Made by a program: the position numbers and the translations under genes
Notes under the pieces: generated by a model
Told to the model about the DNA's origin: nothing
The model's database searches: none
Seen by the model: only the letters and a program-made list of their open reading frames with translations
Part shown: positions 37,266 through 50,047 of the stretch, piece after piece
How positions within the stretch are numbered: the first letter of the stretch is position 1
Layout of the letters: the number at the start of each line of letters is the position of its first letter
Source of the DNA: an uncultured delta proteobacterium
GTDB lineage: Bacteria; Desulfobacterota; WTBG01; CAIYCZ01
Assembly: GCA_963803975.1 (NCBI GenBank)
Contig: CAWDOY010000003.1
Coordinates: 224,001-288,000 of the forward strand
Direction: 5' to 3'
Length of the DNA stretch: 64,000 nucleotides

Positions 37266-38478
37266 ATGGAAAAACATCCCTTCGCAGAGCTCGTTACTGA
37301 TGGTACCACCAAGATTGTTTTTCTAATTATGGATGGACTGGGAGGCGTGCAGATAAAAGAAAAAGGCGGCACAGAGCTTCAGGTTGCTAAAACTCCCAAC
37401 CTCGATCAGCTTGCCAGTGAATCAATCTGCGGCCTGCTTGATCCGATCAGCCCCGGCATCAGCCCGGGCAGCGGCCCGGCCCACTTTGGCCTGTTCGGCT
37501 ATGACCCCGTCGCGTTCAGCATTGGCCGCGGCATACTTGAGGCCGCAGGCATTGATTTTCCGCTCACCGCCAATGATGTCGTGGCGCGGATCAATTTCTG
37601 CACGGTTGATAAAAACGGCATTATAACCGACCGCCGCGCCGGCCGCATAGATACGCAGGATAACATCAGGATTTGCGAAAAAGTTGAAAAAAATATTAAG
37701 AAGCACCCGCGTCTTGATGAAGTCCTCGTGAAACCGGTAAAGGAGCACCGTGCCGTAGTCGTATTGCGCGGCCGGGACCTGCACGGTGATATTGAGGACA
37801 CTGATCCGCAGAAAACCGGCTTAAAACCGCTTCCCCCTAAAGCGGTGAATAAGGAATCAGAGGAGGCAGCAGGCATTGCAGCTGATTTTCTTGATCAGGT
37901 TTCCCGCATCCTCTCTGATGAGCCAAAAGCCAACATGATGCTGCTCCGGGGTTTTGCCAAGCACCGGAAATATTCCTCAATGCTTGAGCGCTACAAGCTT
38001 AACGCGGTGGCAATTGCAGCATACCCCATGTATAAGGGAATCGCCCGGCTCCTGGGGATGGAGGTGCTTGACAACATCACCGGCATTGCCGAGGAATTTA
38101 CCGCGCTAAAGAATAACTTTTTAAAGTATGACTTCTTTTTCATCCATATAAAGCCGACCGATTCGCGCGGTGAAGACGGCGATTTTGATGCCAAGGTGAA
38201 GGCCATAGAGGAGGTGGACAGCTACATACCGCAGGTGCTCGGACTGAAACCCGATGTGCTGGTGGTCACCGGCGATCACTCCACCCCTGCCCTGCTTAAA
38301 GGTCACAGCTGGCATCCGGTGCCGGTGCTGCTGTACTCTGACTGCTGCCGATTTGACGCGGTGACAGAAGTTTGATGAAATAAGCTGCATCCAGGGCGGC
38401 ATTGGCCGCATGGATTCAGTTCATCTCATCTGGCTTGCTCTGGCCAATGCAAACAGGCTGGCAAAATTCGGGGCATAA
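37266..38478 (+). CDS. apgM: 2,3-bisphosphoglycerate-independent phosphoglycerate mutase, ApgM type (frameshift near 38370)
   Basis: MDGLGG, TPNLD, PGSGPAH, TGDHSTP, HSWHPVP; ends LAKFGA* at 38478. Confidence 0.9.
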
Positions 38479-38512
38479 TAATAAAAGCCTCTGGTTTACG
38501 GCGTATTGTTAA

Positions 38513-40542
<2,030 letters not shown>

Positions 40543-40724
40543 CTTATATATGCTTCTCATCCTTCATGCATCACGTCTTCGCGCATCCGCAGCCTGCTGT
40601 TAAAACCTTTCTCTTGATAAAAAGAATCATTTTCCGCATAATTTAACTGTCCATTGGCTTAATGATTTCTCTTCAATTATCCGAAATAAAGGATACTTGA
40701 TATGTAAAATTACGGCATCAGCGC

Positions 40725-42656
40725 ATGTATAAAGACTTCTATCACATGAAAATTGAGCCGTTCGGCACCCTGCCCTCTCCTGATATTTATTTTGCATCAG
40801 AAACACATCAGGGAGCATGGGATTACCTTGTCGAAGGGCTGGAATCAGATGAGCCGTCTTTACTGGTGACCGGCGCGCATGGTACCGGTAAATCTTTGCT
40901 GAGCCTGAGACTTGTTAAGGAGCTTACACAACAAAACTCTCTTCCGTTTGTCTATAACCCTGTTCCGAACTGCGATTACCGGCTTATTTTAAAAGATGTG
41001 GCACGCCGTCTTGATATCACCGTACCATCTGATGATGAAGCGCTGATCCAATACGCGATATATAAATATTTCCTTGAATCTGCAAGCAGAACCAGTTGTT
41101 ATTTAATCTTTGATGCTGTTCAGGATTTGGACGCGTCAACGCTGGTAAAAATATTTAATTTTACCAATTTTAATCATAATGCTTTTTTTCCCTTCCGTCT
41201 GGTACTGTTCGGACAACCTGCAGTTCTTGAAATGCTCATGTCGCTGCATCGCGATACTATTAATTACTATCAGTATCGCCACTACTTTTTAACCCCGCTG
41301 GGCAAGAATGAAACAAAAGAATATATCTATTACCGGCTGCTTACAGCGGATGCGCCGGGCATCCCTGTTTTTACTGATGAAGCGGTGCAAAAAATATATT
41401 CCTGCAGCCGCGGCATTCCCCTGCTGGTAAATAGTATCTGCGCCGCATGCCTTAGACTGGGCGCTGCTCAAGAGCTTAAAATAATTGACGGCACCATCGT
41501 TACCAGGGCCAGCGGTCAAGACCGGGAAATAAACCGAACGCCGCAAAAGACTGATTTCACGGAAAAGATGCGCGGTGGCGTATCAACAGCCGCAGAAGAA
41601 CCTGTTGTTCCAGAAACAAAGGTCTCTGCTGAAAAAGATACCACTGCGCATGCCGTGCCAGCATTGAGCAGTACCCGTTTGTCAGCCGCGCTGCTTATCA
41701 TCATCATTGTCGCAGCGCTCTGCGCAAGCCTGCTTATGCGGCGGGATATCGCTACGGTTTTCAAGGGTTCTCAAGAAAAAACAGCGACAAAAGAATTTGG
41801 CGCTTCATCCAAAACGACATCTACCAGCAATCATGCCAGTATACAAAAAGCTGAAAAGAATCCTGTAACCATTCCGGCGCAACAAACACGCGAAGCAGCC
41901 GGAGAAAAAGCTCCGGCTGGCAGCGCGCCAGCGGAACTCAAACCCGCTGCTTCAGACAAGCCCGCCATGTCCACGGTGCCAATGAAGGCCGCTGTTACTG
42001 CCAGCTTTAATACCAGCTCGATCAAGACGGTAACCAGCACTGCAGCAGCCGGAGAAAAAGCTCCGGCTGGCAGCGCGCCAGCGGAACTCAAACCCGCTGC
42101 TTCAGACAAGCCCGCCATGTCCACGGTGCCAATGAAGGCCGCTGTTACTGCCAGCTTTAATACCAGTTCGCTCAAGACAATAACCGTCACCGCAGTTGAG
42201 ACCAGGACTGCGAAATATCCCTATGCGCTTCAATTGGCTTGTTACAACTCTGAGGAGGTAGCGAGGGAGGAAACGCTGCCTTTTAAGCGGTTAGGTCTGG
42301 TGCCTTTCATAGTAAAGAGTTTTTCGCAAAGAACTGGCGAGACCCTGTGGGTTATATACACCGGTTACTATGAGACCGCAGAAAAAGCTGAACGCGATAA
42401 ACAAAAATACCAACTGCGTGATGCAATTGCAGCACGGACGCCCTACGCGGTTTTGATTGGCACGTTCGCAGCAGCGGAAGAAATGTCAGCAACGGTGAGG
42501 TATCTTGAACAGCTTGGATATTATCCGTACGCAATACCTGACGGACTCAACACGCTGAGCCTTTTTGCCGGTGCATTTTCAACCAGGTCGGGTGCTGAGA
42601 AGTTGCAACTCCAGCTTCAGGCAGACGGCATTAAAAGCCAGGTAGTGCTGCGGTAA
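40725..42656 (+). CDS. ExeA-like AAA domain, TM, low-complexity linker and two SPOR-like domains
   Basis: MYKDFYHMKIEPF, GAHGTGKS, LFGQP, SRGIPLLVNSIC; central TM; YALQLACY...WVIYTGYY and FAGAFSTR SPOR-like repeats. Confidence 0.8.
   Translation: MYKDFYHMKIEPFGTLPSPDIYFASETHQGAWDYLVEGLESDEPSLLVTGAHGTGKSLLSLRLVKELTQQNSLPFVYNPVPNCDYRLILKDVARRLDITVPSDDEALIQYAIYKYFLESASRTSCYLIFDAVQDLDASTLVKIFNFTNFNHNAFFPFRLVLFGQPAVLEMLMSLHRDTINYYQYRHYFLTPLGKNETKEYIYYRLLTADAPGIPVFTDEAVQKIYSCSRGIPLLVNSICAACLRLGAAQELKIIDGTIVTRASGQDREINRTPQKTDFTEKMRGGVSTAAEEPVVPETKVSAEKDTTAHAVPALSSTRLSAALLIIIIVAALCASLLMRRDIATVFKGSQEKTATKEFGASSKTTSTSNHASIQKAEKNPVTIPAQQTREAAGEKAPAGSAPAELKPAASDKPAMSTVPMKAAVTASFNTSSIKTVTSTAAAGEKAPAGSAPAELKPAASDKPAMSTVPMKAAVTASFNTSSLKTITVTAVETRTAKYPYALQLACYNSEEVAREETLPFKRLGLVPFIVKSFSQRTGETLWVIYTGYYETAEKAERDKQKYQLRDAIAARTPYAVLIGTFAAAEEMSATVRYLEQLGYYPYAIPDGLNTLSLFAGAFSTRSGAEKLQLQLQADGIKSQVVLR
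41894..42185 (+). repeat. 150-bp in-frame tandem duplication (50 aa)
   Basis: 41894-42016 identical to 42044-42166, degenerate for ~20 bp beyond. Confidence 0.95.
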
Positions 42657-42689
42657 CTAATTAAACCATCATTATTATAGTTATAGCGA

Positions 42690-42728
42690 GGCATGAGAGA
42701 CGATACCGCTTCTTCTCTCATGCCTTTA
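42690..42728. terminator. Hairpin between convergent genes
   Basis: GGCATGAGAGA...TCTCTCATGCC then T-rich sequence. Confidence 0.6.
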
Positions 42729-42818
42729 TTATTTATAATAATATTTTCATTTGTTTTCTAACCGCTATCCTGCTGATTCAGAAATATTCCATTGGTTATT
42801 CCCATATCAATCAACGGA

Positions 42819-43621
42819 TCAACGGGTCAATTTAAAGCTGAATGAAATTGCTTCCACCGGGCAATCAGTGCAGCGCAGGCAGCGTATGCACTGTGAGGTA
42901 GCTCCGCCGTCTTCGAAAACTTTTATGGAAACCGGACAATTTTTATGGCATTTGCTGCATTTTATGCACTTATCCTTATCCACGGCAACCCTGAGAAAAC
43001 TTATCCTGTTAAAGAGCGAATAGATTGCGCCCAGCGGGCAGGTGGTGCGGCAGAAAGGCCGTTTGCTTACAATCATCCAGGCAAGAAAAACAAAAAGAAT
43101 AATGCACTTTATGATAAAGATTGTTCCCGCAAATTGACGGAGATCCGCATTATATAATAAATGCGGTATGCCTGCCTCCAGCGTCCCTACCGGGCAGAGC
43201 TTGGAAAACCACGGTTCCTTGGTAAAATACGGGATGATAAATGACCAGGAGGATGAGGGTGACATATCGCCCGGAATATAAAAAAGAAGGGATATTCAGC
43301 TTAGGCGCTTTTATCTTGTACATCATATCCTGCAGCAGGCCGAACGGGCAGCCCCAGCCGCAGATGATTCTGCCGCCGACAGCCCCGATCGCACCCAGGA
43401 AACCGAGTGTATACAGCGAAAGATGATACACTCCGTAGGCGGTAGAAAAATTGCAGTATGCCGAGGGGGCAGGCAAAGATTGCCGACGGGCATGAGTAGC
43501 AGTTAAAGCCGGGACAGTTTAAAGCTTTAAGATTGCCCTGGTAAATGGTGCCGATGATGAAACCATAGATATATGAATTATAGAGAAGCGTGGACAGTAT
43601 TTGAGAAATTCTCTGTTTCAT
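42819..43621 (-). CDS. 4Fe-4S binding membrane polyferredoxin (two frameshifts)
   Basis: CPGFNCYSCP..ACP, CGWGCPFGLLQD, LCPVGTLEAG, RPFCRTTCPLG, CIKCSKCHKNCP. Confidence 0.88.
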
Positions 43622-43639
43622 GAGAGCTGCGTCGTGTTT

Positions 43640-43786
43640 TCAGCCGATGCCGATGCATGACAGGCATATGCGAATTGCCTGATCAAAAACTTGTGACGGC
43701 TCCCGCAGGAGCACACCGGCAATGATGGATACGACAGCGAGGAGAAATATTATTTTGGGACTGTGTCTAACAATGAATCTTAACAC
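43640..43786 (-). CDS. Small membrane protein with C-terminal CXXC (CD1871A-like), 48 aa
   Basis: Manual translation from GTG: MLRFIVRHSPKIIFLLAVVSIIAGVLLREPSQVFDQAIRICLSCIGIG*, directly upstream of the polyferredoxin. Confidence 0.85.
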   Translation of the reverse strand: MLRFIVRHSPKIIFLLAVVSIIAGVLLREPSQVFDQAIRICLSCIGIG

Positions 43787-43977
43787 AGGGCAGTCCTTTC
43801 AAAATTCATATGCTATAATAACTTTTTTAATGTATAAAGTATTACTGCGTAAAAGTCAAACGACACTCTGGCCGTTCATCTATTAAATATTTTATCTGCC
43901 CTTGCTTTTTAAAAGGGTGAGACTGTCTTTTTTTAAAAAAGCGTTAATTGAGGAAACGTTAATTTGCAGGAGCGCTC

Positions 43978-45474
43978 ATGATAAGAAAATATTTTACAGC
44001 ATCCACCATTCTGTTTTCCTTATTATTGGTATTTCCCAATGCCCATTCTTTCACTCTTGGCTCACGGGTGCACGAATACACCCTGCGTAACGGCTTAAAG
44101 GTACTTCTGCTGGAGCGGCATCAATCCCCCACCATATCTTTCTATCTTCGTTTTAAGGCCGGCTCCGTAGATGAGGTGAGCGGTAAAACCGGGACTGCCC
44201 ACCTCCTTGAGCACATGCTTTTCAAAGGAACCAGGACTCTCGGAACAACTGATTATCGCGCAGAGCGTAAACTCCTTGAGCAGATTGACCGGGTCGGTGA
44301 GCGGCTTGATGCTGAACTGCGACGCACCAATGCCCGGCCGGAACAGGCTGCCGCTCTGAAAAAAGAGCTTGCACAGCTCCAGCAGGAGCACCGGAAACTT
44401 GTGGTTAAGGATGAAATTGACAGTATCTATTCCCGTAATGGAGCTGTCGGGCTGAATGCGTCAACCGGAAACGATATCACGACCTATGAAGTGAGCCTTC
44501 CGGCGAATAAAATCGAGCTGTGGGCACGCATTGATTCAGACCGGCTGGCAAATCCGGTGTTCCGTGAATTTTATTCAGAGCGCGATGTCGTTCTGGAAGA
44601 GCTCCGGCAGAGCTACGAATCAAACCCCGCGCGCATCCTGATGGCGCAATTTTTATCTGCAGCTTTTATGGTCCATCCCTACCGTGTTCCCATTATCGGG
44701 TGGAAATCTGACGTCCAGTCTCTCAGCAAACAGGACATCGAGACTTTCTTCACCACCCACTATGCTCCCAACAATGCGGTGCTTGCGGTGGTGGGCGATA
44801 TGCGGACAGAGGATACCTTGAAGATTATAGACCGCTATTTTGGCAGCATTCCATCACGGGAGATTCCAGCTCAGGTTATAAGCACCGAGCCCGCTCAGAT
44901 CGGCGAGCGTCGCATCGAAGTGCTGCTTGATGCTGAGCCGCAGGTGCTCATTGGCTATCATAAGCCGACCATACCGTCTTTTGAAGATTATGTTTTTGAT
45001 GTTATAGACGCGCTGCTTTCCAGCGGCAGGACATCACGGTTATATCAGTCGCTTATTGTAAAGAACAAAATTGCAACCAGCGTCGCCGCTGTAAACGGAT
45101 TGCCGGGAGCGCGGTACCCAAACCTGTTTTTCATCCAGGCGGTGCCCCGGCCGCCGCATACCTGCAAGGAAGTAGCTGCCGCGATATACGCGGAGATAGA
45201 GCGTCTCAAGCGTGAGCCAGTATCACAGCACGAACTGCAAAAAATAAAAAACCAGCTCCAGGCAGACTTTATCAGGGGGCTGAAATCAAATGAGGGCCTT
45301 GCCAGCCAGCTATCTTACTTTCAAAGTATCTGCAATAACTGGAGATATATTGAACAGCAGGCTGACGTGATTAATAAAATAACGCCGCAGGATATACAAC
45401 GCTCAGCGCAGCAGTATCTTGATGAACGCAACAGAACCGTTGCCGAGCTGGTGAAAAAGACCGGCGACAAATAA
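43978..45474 (+). CDS. M16 (pitrilysin) family zinc peptidase, catalytic subunit
   Basis: Signal peptide, AHLLEHMLFKGT (HXXEH), NAST, ERDVVLEE. Confidence 0.93.
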   Translation: MIRKYFTASTILFSLLLVFPNAHSFTLGSRVHEYTLRNGLKVLLLERHQSPTISFYLRFKAGSVDEVSGKTGTAHLLEHMLFKGTRTLGTTDYRAERKLLEQIDRVGERLDAELRRTNARPEQAAALKKELAQLQQEHRKLVVKDEIDSIYSRNGAVGLNASTGNDITTYEVSLPANKIELWARIDSDRLANPVFREFYSERDVVLEELRQSYESNPARILMAQFLSAAFMVHPYRVPIIGWKSDVQSLSKQDIETFFTTHYAPNNAVLAVVGDMRTEDTLKIIDRYFGSIPSREIPAQVISTEPAQIGERRIEVLLDAEPQVLIGYHKPTIPSFEDYVFDVIDALLSSGRTSRLYQSLIVKNKIATSVAAVNGLPGARYPNLFFIQAVPRPPHTCKEVAAAIYAEIERLKREPVSQHELQKIKNQLQADFIRGLKSNEGLASQLSYFQSICNNWRYIEQQADVINKITPQDIQRSAQQYLDERNRTVAELVKKTGDK

Positions 45475-46920
45475 TGTTTCCCGGAGAATTATATGGTTAA
45501 TAAAAATGCCTGTTTCTATTGCGCAATCATACTATCTTTCATGTTCTGTTCCTGTTCCCGAATTAACGGAACAGCGCCTGCTGCGCCCTGAAGCGATTCC
45601 CGGCAGACCCCTGCACTACAAATTCCACAGCCTGAGCGCGTGGTATTAGACAATGGCATGGTGCTGTATCTCCTTGAAGATCATGAAATCCCCCTTATCG
45701 AAATGACAGCGCTGATACGCACCGGTGCAGTCTATGACCCTCCTGACCGGGCAGGTCTGGCAGCAATAACCGGGGAGGTTATGAGAACCGGCGGCACCAG
45801 CGCCATGACCCCGCAGGCACTGGATGAAAGGCTTGAGTTTATGGATGCGGTCATTACGGTTTCCCTGGAATCAGAATCAGGCGACGCATCGCTCTCAGTT
45901 CTCAAGAAGGAGTTTGATCCGGCACTTGATATTTTCTCCCAGATTCTTTTACATCCAATATTTGCTCCTGATCGCATAACGATTGCCAAAGAGCAGAAAA
46001 TATCAGCGCTGCGCCAGACTGATGATAACCCGCAGAGCCTTGCGTTCCGGAAGTTTAAAAAGCTTCTGTATAAAAATAATCCGCTGGGTAATCTGCCAAC
46101 CATTGGCTCAATTAAGGCCATCAGGCGCGAAGACCTCATTACATTTCATAAGGCCTTTTTTAGCCCGGACCGCATTATCCTGGGAGTCTCCGGTGATTTT
46201 TCATCCCCAGAGATGATTGATAAAATAAAACAGAAGTTTGCCGGCTGGAAACCATCTCCGCATGCCCTTCCCAATATTCCAAAGCCGCAGGATAGTACAG
46301 CTCAGCCAATGTTTTATCTGCAGAAAGATGTCCCCCAGGCTACCATTATCCTTGGGCACCTGGCTCCTTCAAAGGCCAGCCCTGATTATTATGCATTTGA
46401 AGTGCTGAACTATATGCTGGGAGGAGGCGGCTTTTCCTCACGCCTCACATCGGAAATTCGCTCAAACCGCGGTCTCGCTTACAGCGTTGGCAGCTTTTAT
46501 CGGGCCGCTGTTGATTACGGGGTGTTCGGCGCCTACTGCATGACCAAATCTTCATCAACCCACAAGGCGCTTTCGCTTATGATTGATATTATAAACAGGA
46601 TGAAAGACACCACGCTCAATGGTGAGCTTGAACAGGCCAGGGAATCACTGATAAACAGTTTTGTCTTTTCCTACAGCTCAAGCGCACAGATTATAAGCCA
46701 GCAGATGCTCCGCGAATACGAGCATCTGCCGCCTGATTTTATCGAACAGTTTCCCGCCAGGATAAGTGCGGTGAGCCTAAAGGACCTGCAGCGTGTTGCC
46801 GGACGGTATCTGCATCCCTTACAGTCTGTGATACTGGTTGTTGGCGATGCAAATAAATTTGATGTGCCGTTGAACAAATGGGGCCCAATGCAGCAAGTTT
46901 TTTCGGATCTGCAAAATTAA
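45474..46920 (+). CDS. M16 family peptidase, non-catalytic partner (5' frameshift)
   Basis: LDNGMVLYLLEDHEIP, LGGGGFSSRL..EIRSNRGLAY; no HXXEH. Confidence 0.88.
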
Positions 46921-46986
46921 GCGTTGCATGGAATAAGCCATTATGCCATTATTGTAAAATTAATTTAAACGCCATCAGATTCTCCT

Positions 46987-48724
46987 ATGCATGTACGTAA
47001 ACGAGTATTTTCCATACTGATTCTTTTTATGATTTCAGCGGGCGCCTGTACCCTGCCGGCAAAAAAGACCATGCCGGGTCCCGGAATAAAACCGCCGGAG
47101 AAGCTTAAGGAGCTGCAGAAGGTTCCTCCGCCTGACCTTTATTATCACATCATTCTTGGTGAACTGTACCAGGCGGAACGCGACTGGCCCCAGGCTATTG
47201 AGGAATTTAAATCAGCCCTCCTGTACGATGTTGAATCTCCCTATCTTCTGGTTCAGATAGGAAGCCTGTACCTGATACAGAATAATGTGGACGAGGCAAT
47301 CAAATGGTGCGAAAAAGCGATTGCCCGAGATCCCCAGTATCTGGAAGCTCACCTGCTGCTGGCTAATATCTACTCTAGCAAAAACAATACCGCCCAGGCG
47401 ATAAGGGAATATGAGACCATTATCTCTATCGATCCCGACCAGCAGGAAGCCTATCTGTATCTGGGTGCGCTCTATGCAGGGGCCAATGAACATGACAAGG
47501 CGATAGCCACACTGCAGAAGCTGCTTGCAGTCAACCCCGATTCGGTTATGGGCTATTTCTACCTGGGTAATATCTACCTGGACGTGAAGCGCTTCAGGGA
47601 CGCTGAGCAAAGCTATGCGAAGGCACTCCTCCTGCACCCCAATTTTGAATCAGCACTGGTTAATCTGGGCGTTGTGTATGAGGCGGAAAATAATTTTACC
47701 CCGGGCCATCGAGAGCTACCGGAGAATTCTTGAGATGCATCCACAGAACCATCAGGTACGCGGCCGCCTTGCGTATCTGCTGGTCATGGTAAAAGACCTG
47801 CAGGGTGCTTTGCAGCAGTATGAATATTTAAAAAGGGAACTCGGCGACGAGCGCGGAGATATTGCAATCAAAATCGGACTCATCTGCGTTGAGCAGAAAA
47901 AATGGCAAAAAGCAGAAAATGAATTTTTAGAAGTGCTTAAAAAAAACCCTGAGAACTATAGTGCACAGTATTATCTGGGCAGTGTTTACGAGGAGATGGA
48001 TAGACGTGCCGATGCCCAGGCTTTGTTTCGCAAAATTCCATCCGATTCAGAGCTGTTCCCGCAGGCACAGATTCACCTCGGGTATCTCTATGAGAAGGCC
48101 GGAGACAAAGACGCTTCCAAAAAAATAATCCGGGATGCTTTGAAAATAAAAACAACTGAGCTGAGCCTGTACCGGTTTCTTGCCTCCCTGTATGAAAAGG
48201 AAAAAAATTATCAGGAGGCAATTGCGGTACTCAACCAGGCACTGACCATAGATCCCAAAGATGAAGAGATACTGTTTTATCTTGGCGTCCTGTATGACAA
48301 GGCAGCTCTGTTTGAAGAAAGTATTAAAACCATGAAACGCGTTCTTGCGGTAAACCCGCAGAACGCTGACGCGCTCAATTATATCGGCTATACGTACGCG
48401 GATAAGGGAATGGATCTGGATGAGGCGGAAAACCTTATAAAGAAGGCGCTGGCGCTGAAGCCGAATGACGGGTACATAACAGACAGCCTGGGATGGGTTT
48501 ATTTTAAAAAGGGAAAATATGACAAGGCCCTGAAAGAGCTGGAAAAGGCTTTCGCGTTGTCACCGCAGGATCCGGTAATATGCGAACATTTGGGGGATGT
48601 CTATCTGAAAAATAACCAGCCGGGGAAAGCCATGGAACTGTATGAGAAGTCCCTGAAGTTGGACCCGACAAAAGAAGATGTAAAGAAAAAGCTTGAAGAA
48701 ATAAAGAGGAATGCAAAAAAGTAG
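46987..48724 (+). CDS. TPR-repeat lipoprotein (frameshift near 47700)
   Basis: Lipobox-like SAGAC; many TPRs; ALNYIGYTYAD, YITDSLGWVYF, EHLGDVY. Confidence 0.88.
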
Positions 48725-49580
48725 CAATGATAAAAATATGCTCACTACTGCGGTTCACCGGCGGCGCGTTCTCATAGCCCTGACGTTTCTTATGGGGGTC
48801 TTGAGCGGTTGCGCTGCTCTGCGGACTCCACCATCCCGCGAAATCCCTCCGTTACCAGAACCACGGGTGTTCCTGCAGAACATACTAAAAGAGTATGCTG
48901 CACGAGAATATTTCTCGGCACTGTCCCGAATGAAGATAGCCTCTCCCCGTGGTGCCTTGAGCTTGAAAGGTGCTGTGGTTGTCCGTAGCCCCTCCTGCCT
49001 CAGAGTTGAGATGTTTGCCTTTCTGAACCAGCTTGCTTTCCTTTTTGCAACTGATAGCGCAACCATGAGCGTTTACCTTCCTGCACATAATGCAATCTAT
49101 ACCGGGAAAGCGGCAAATGAGCATCTGGCATTCCTGTACGGCAGTGACCTGCCTCTGCAGGATGCAATAACGCTGTTCCTGGGCTATCCCCATCTGTCAC
49201 CCTATGATGCCTCACGGGTTACCTGGCAGTATGATAATGGCTGTTATCTGTTTGAGCTGCGGTCTGACGGCGGATACCGTCAGCAGGTCTGGGTTGATCC
49301 AATACTCAATAAAATTATAAAATATATGCTCTATGATGCAGCGGGCAGGGCTCAGTATGAATTCTTGTTCAAGGATTTCAGACCAGCGGGCACACACACG
49401 GTCCCTTTTACCATTGACCTCATGTTTCACCAGTCACAAACCCATATTATAATCTCCTATTCAGACATAGACAGTGCTCTTCCTCCGGAGGCCGGGCTCT
49501 TCACGCTCATTCCTCCGGTTCAGACCAGGAGGCTTCCGCTTGAGGAATTATCGCGGTCCTTCATCATCAAGGCTGATTAA
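48711..49580 (+). CDS. Lipoprotein, LolB/DUF4292-like
   Basis: LSGC lipobox; beta-rich body; follows the TPR gene. Confidence 0.55.
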   Translation: MQKSSNDKNMLTTAVHRRRVLIALTFLMGVLSGCAALRTPPSREIPPLPEPRVFLQNILKEYAAREYFSALSRMKIASPRGALSLKGAVVVRSPSCLRVEMFAFLNQLAFLFATDSATMSVYLPAHNAIYTGKAANEHLAFLYGSDLPLQDAITLFLGYPHLSPYDASRVTWQYDNGCYLFELRSDGGYRQQVWVDPILNKIIKYMLYDAAGRAQYEFLFKDFRPAGTHTVPFTIDLMFHQSQTHIIISYSDIDSALPPEAGLFTLIPPVQTRRLPLEELSRSFIIKAD

Positions 49581-49672
49581 AGGGAAGACAACCTTTTTCC
49601 TTGATAATTTTCAATGAACATTGTATGTAACAATCAAACTATCAATTCATTTCACTCGTATCCGTACCGGCT

Positions 49673-50047
49673 ATGGCGAACGAAAAAATCCTCCTGGTTG
49701 ATGATGAAGAAAACCTCCTCATGCTCTACAAACAGGAGCTGCTTGACGAGGGCTATCAGGTCGTTACTGCCGGCGATGCACGGGAGGGAATTGAGAAAAT
49801 AAAGAGCGAAGAACTTGATGTAGTAATTATGGATATCAGGATGCCGGCCATGGACGGCCTCGAAGCTATCGGAAAAATCCTTGGTCTGAAAAAAGATATT
49901 CCTATTATTTTGAATACAGCCTATTCTACTTATAAAGAAGACTTTATGAGCTGGGCTGCTGATGCCTACGTGGTGAAGTCCTCTGATCTTACCCAGCTTA
50001 AAACCACCATTCGCGTCGTACTCGACAAGAAAAAATCACCTTCATGA
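49673..50047 (+). CDS. Single-domain response regulator
   Basis: ILLVDDE, MDIRMPAMDG, TAY, YVVKS. Confidence 0.93.
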   Translation: MANEKILLVDDEENLLMLYKQELLDEGYQVVTAGDAREGIEKIKSEELDVVIMDIRMPAMDGLEAIGKILGLKKDIPIILNTAYSTYKEDFMSWAADAYVVKSSDLTQLKTTIRVVLDKKKSPS

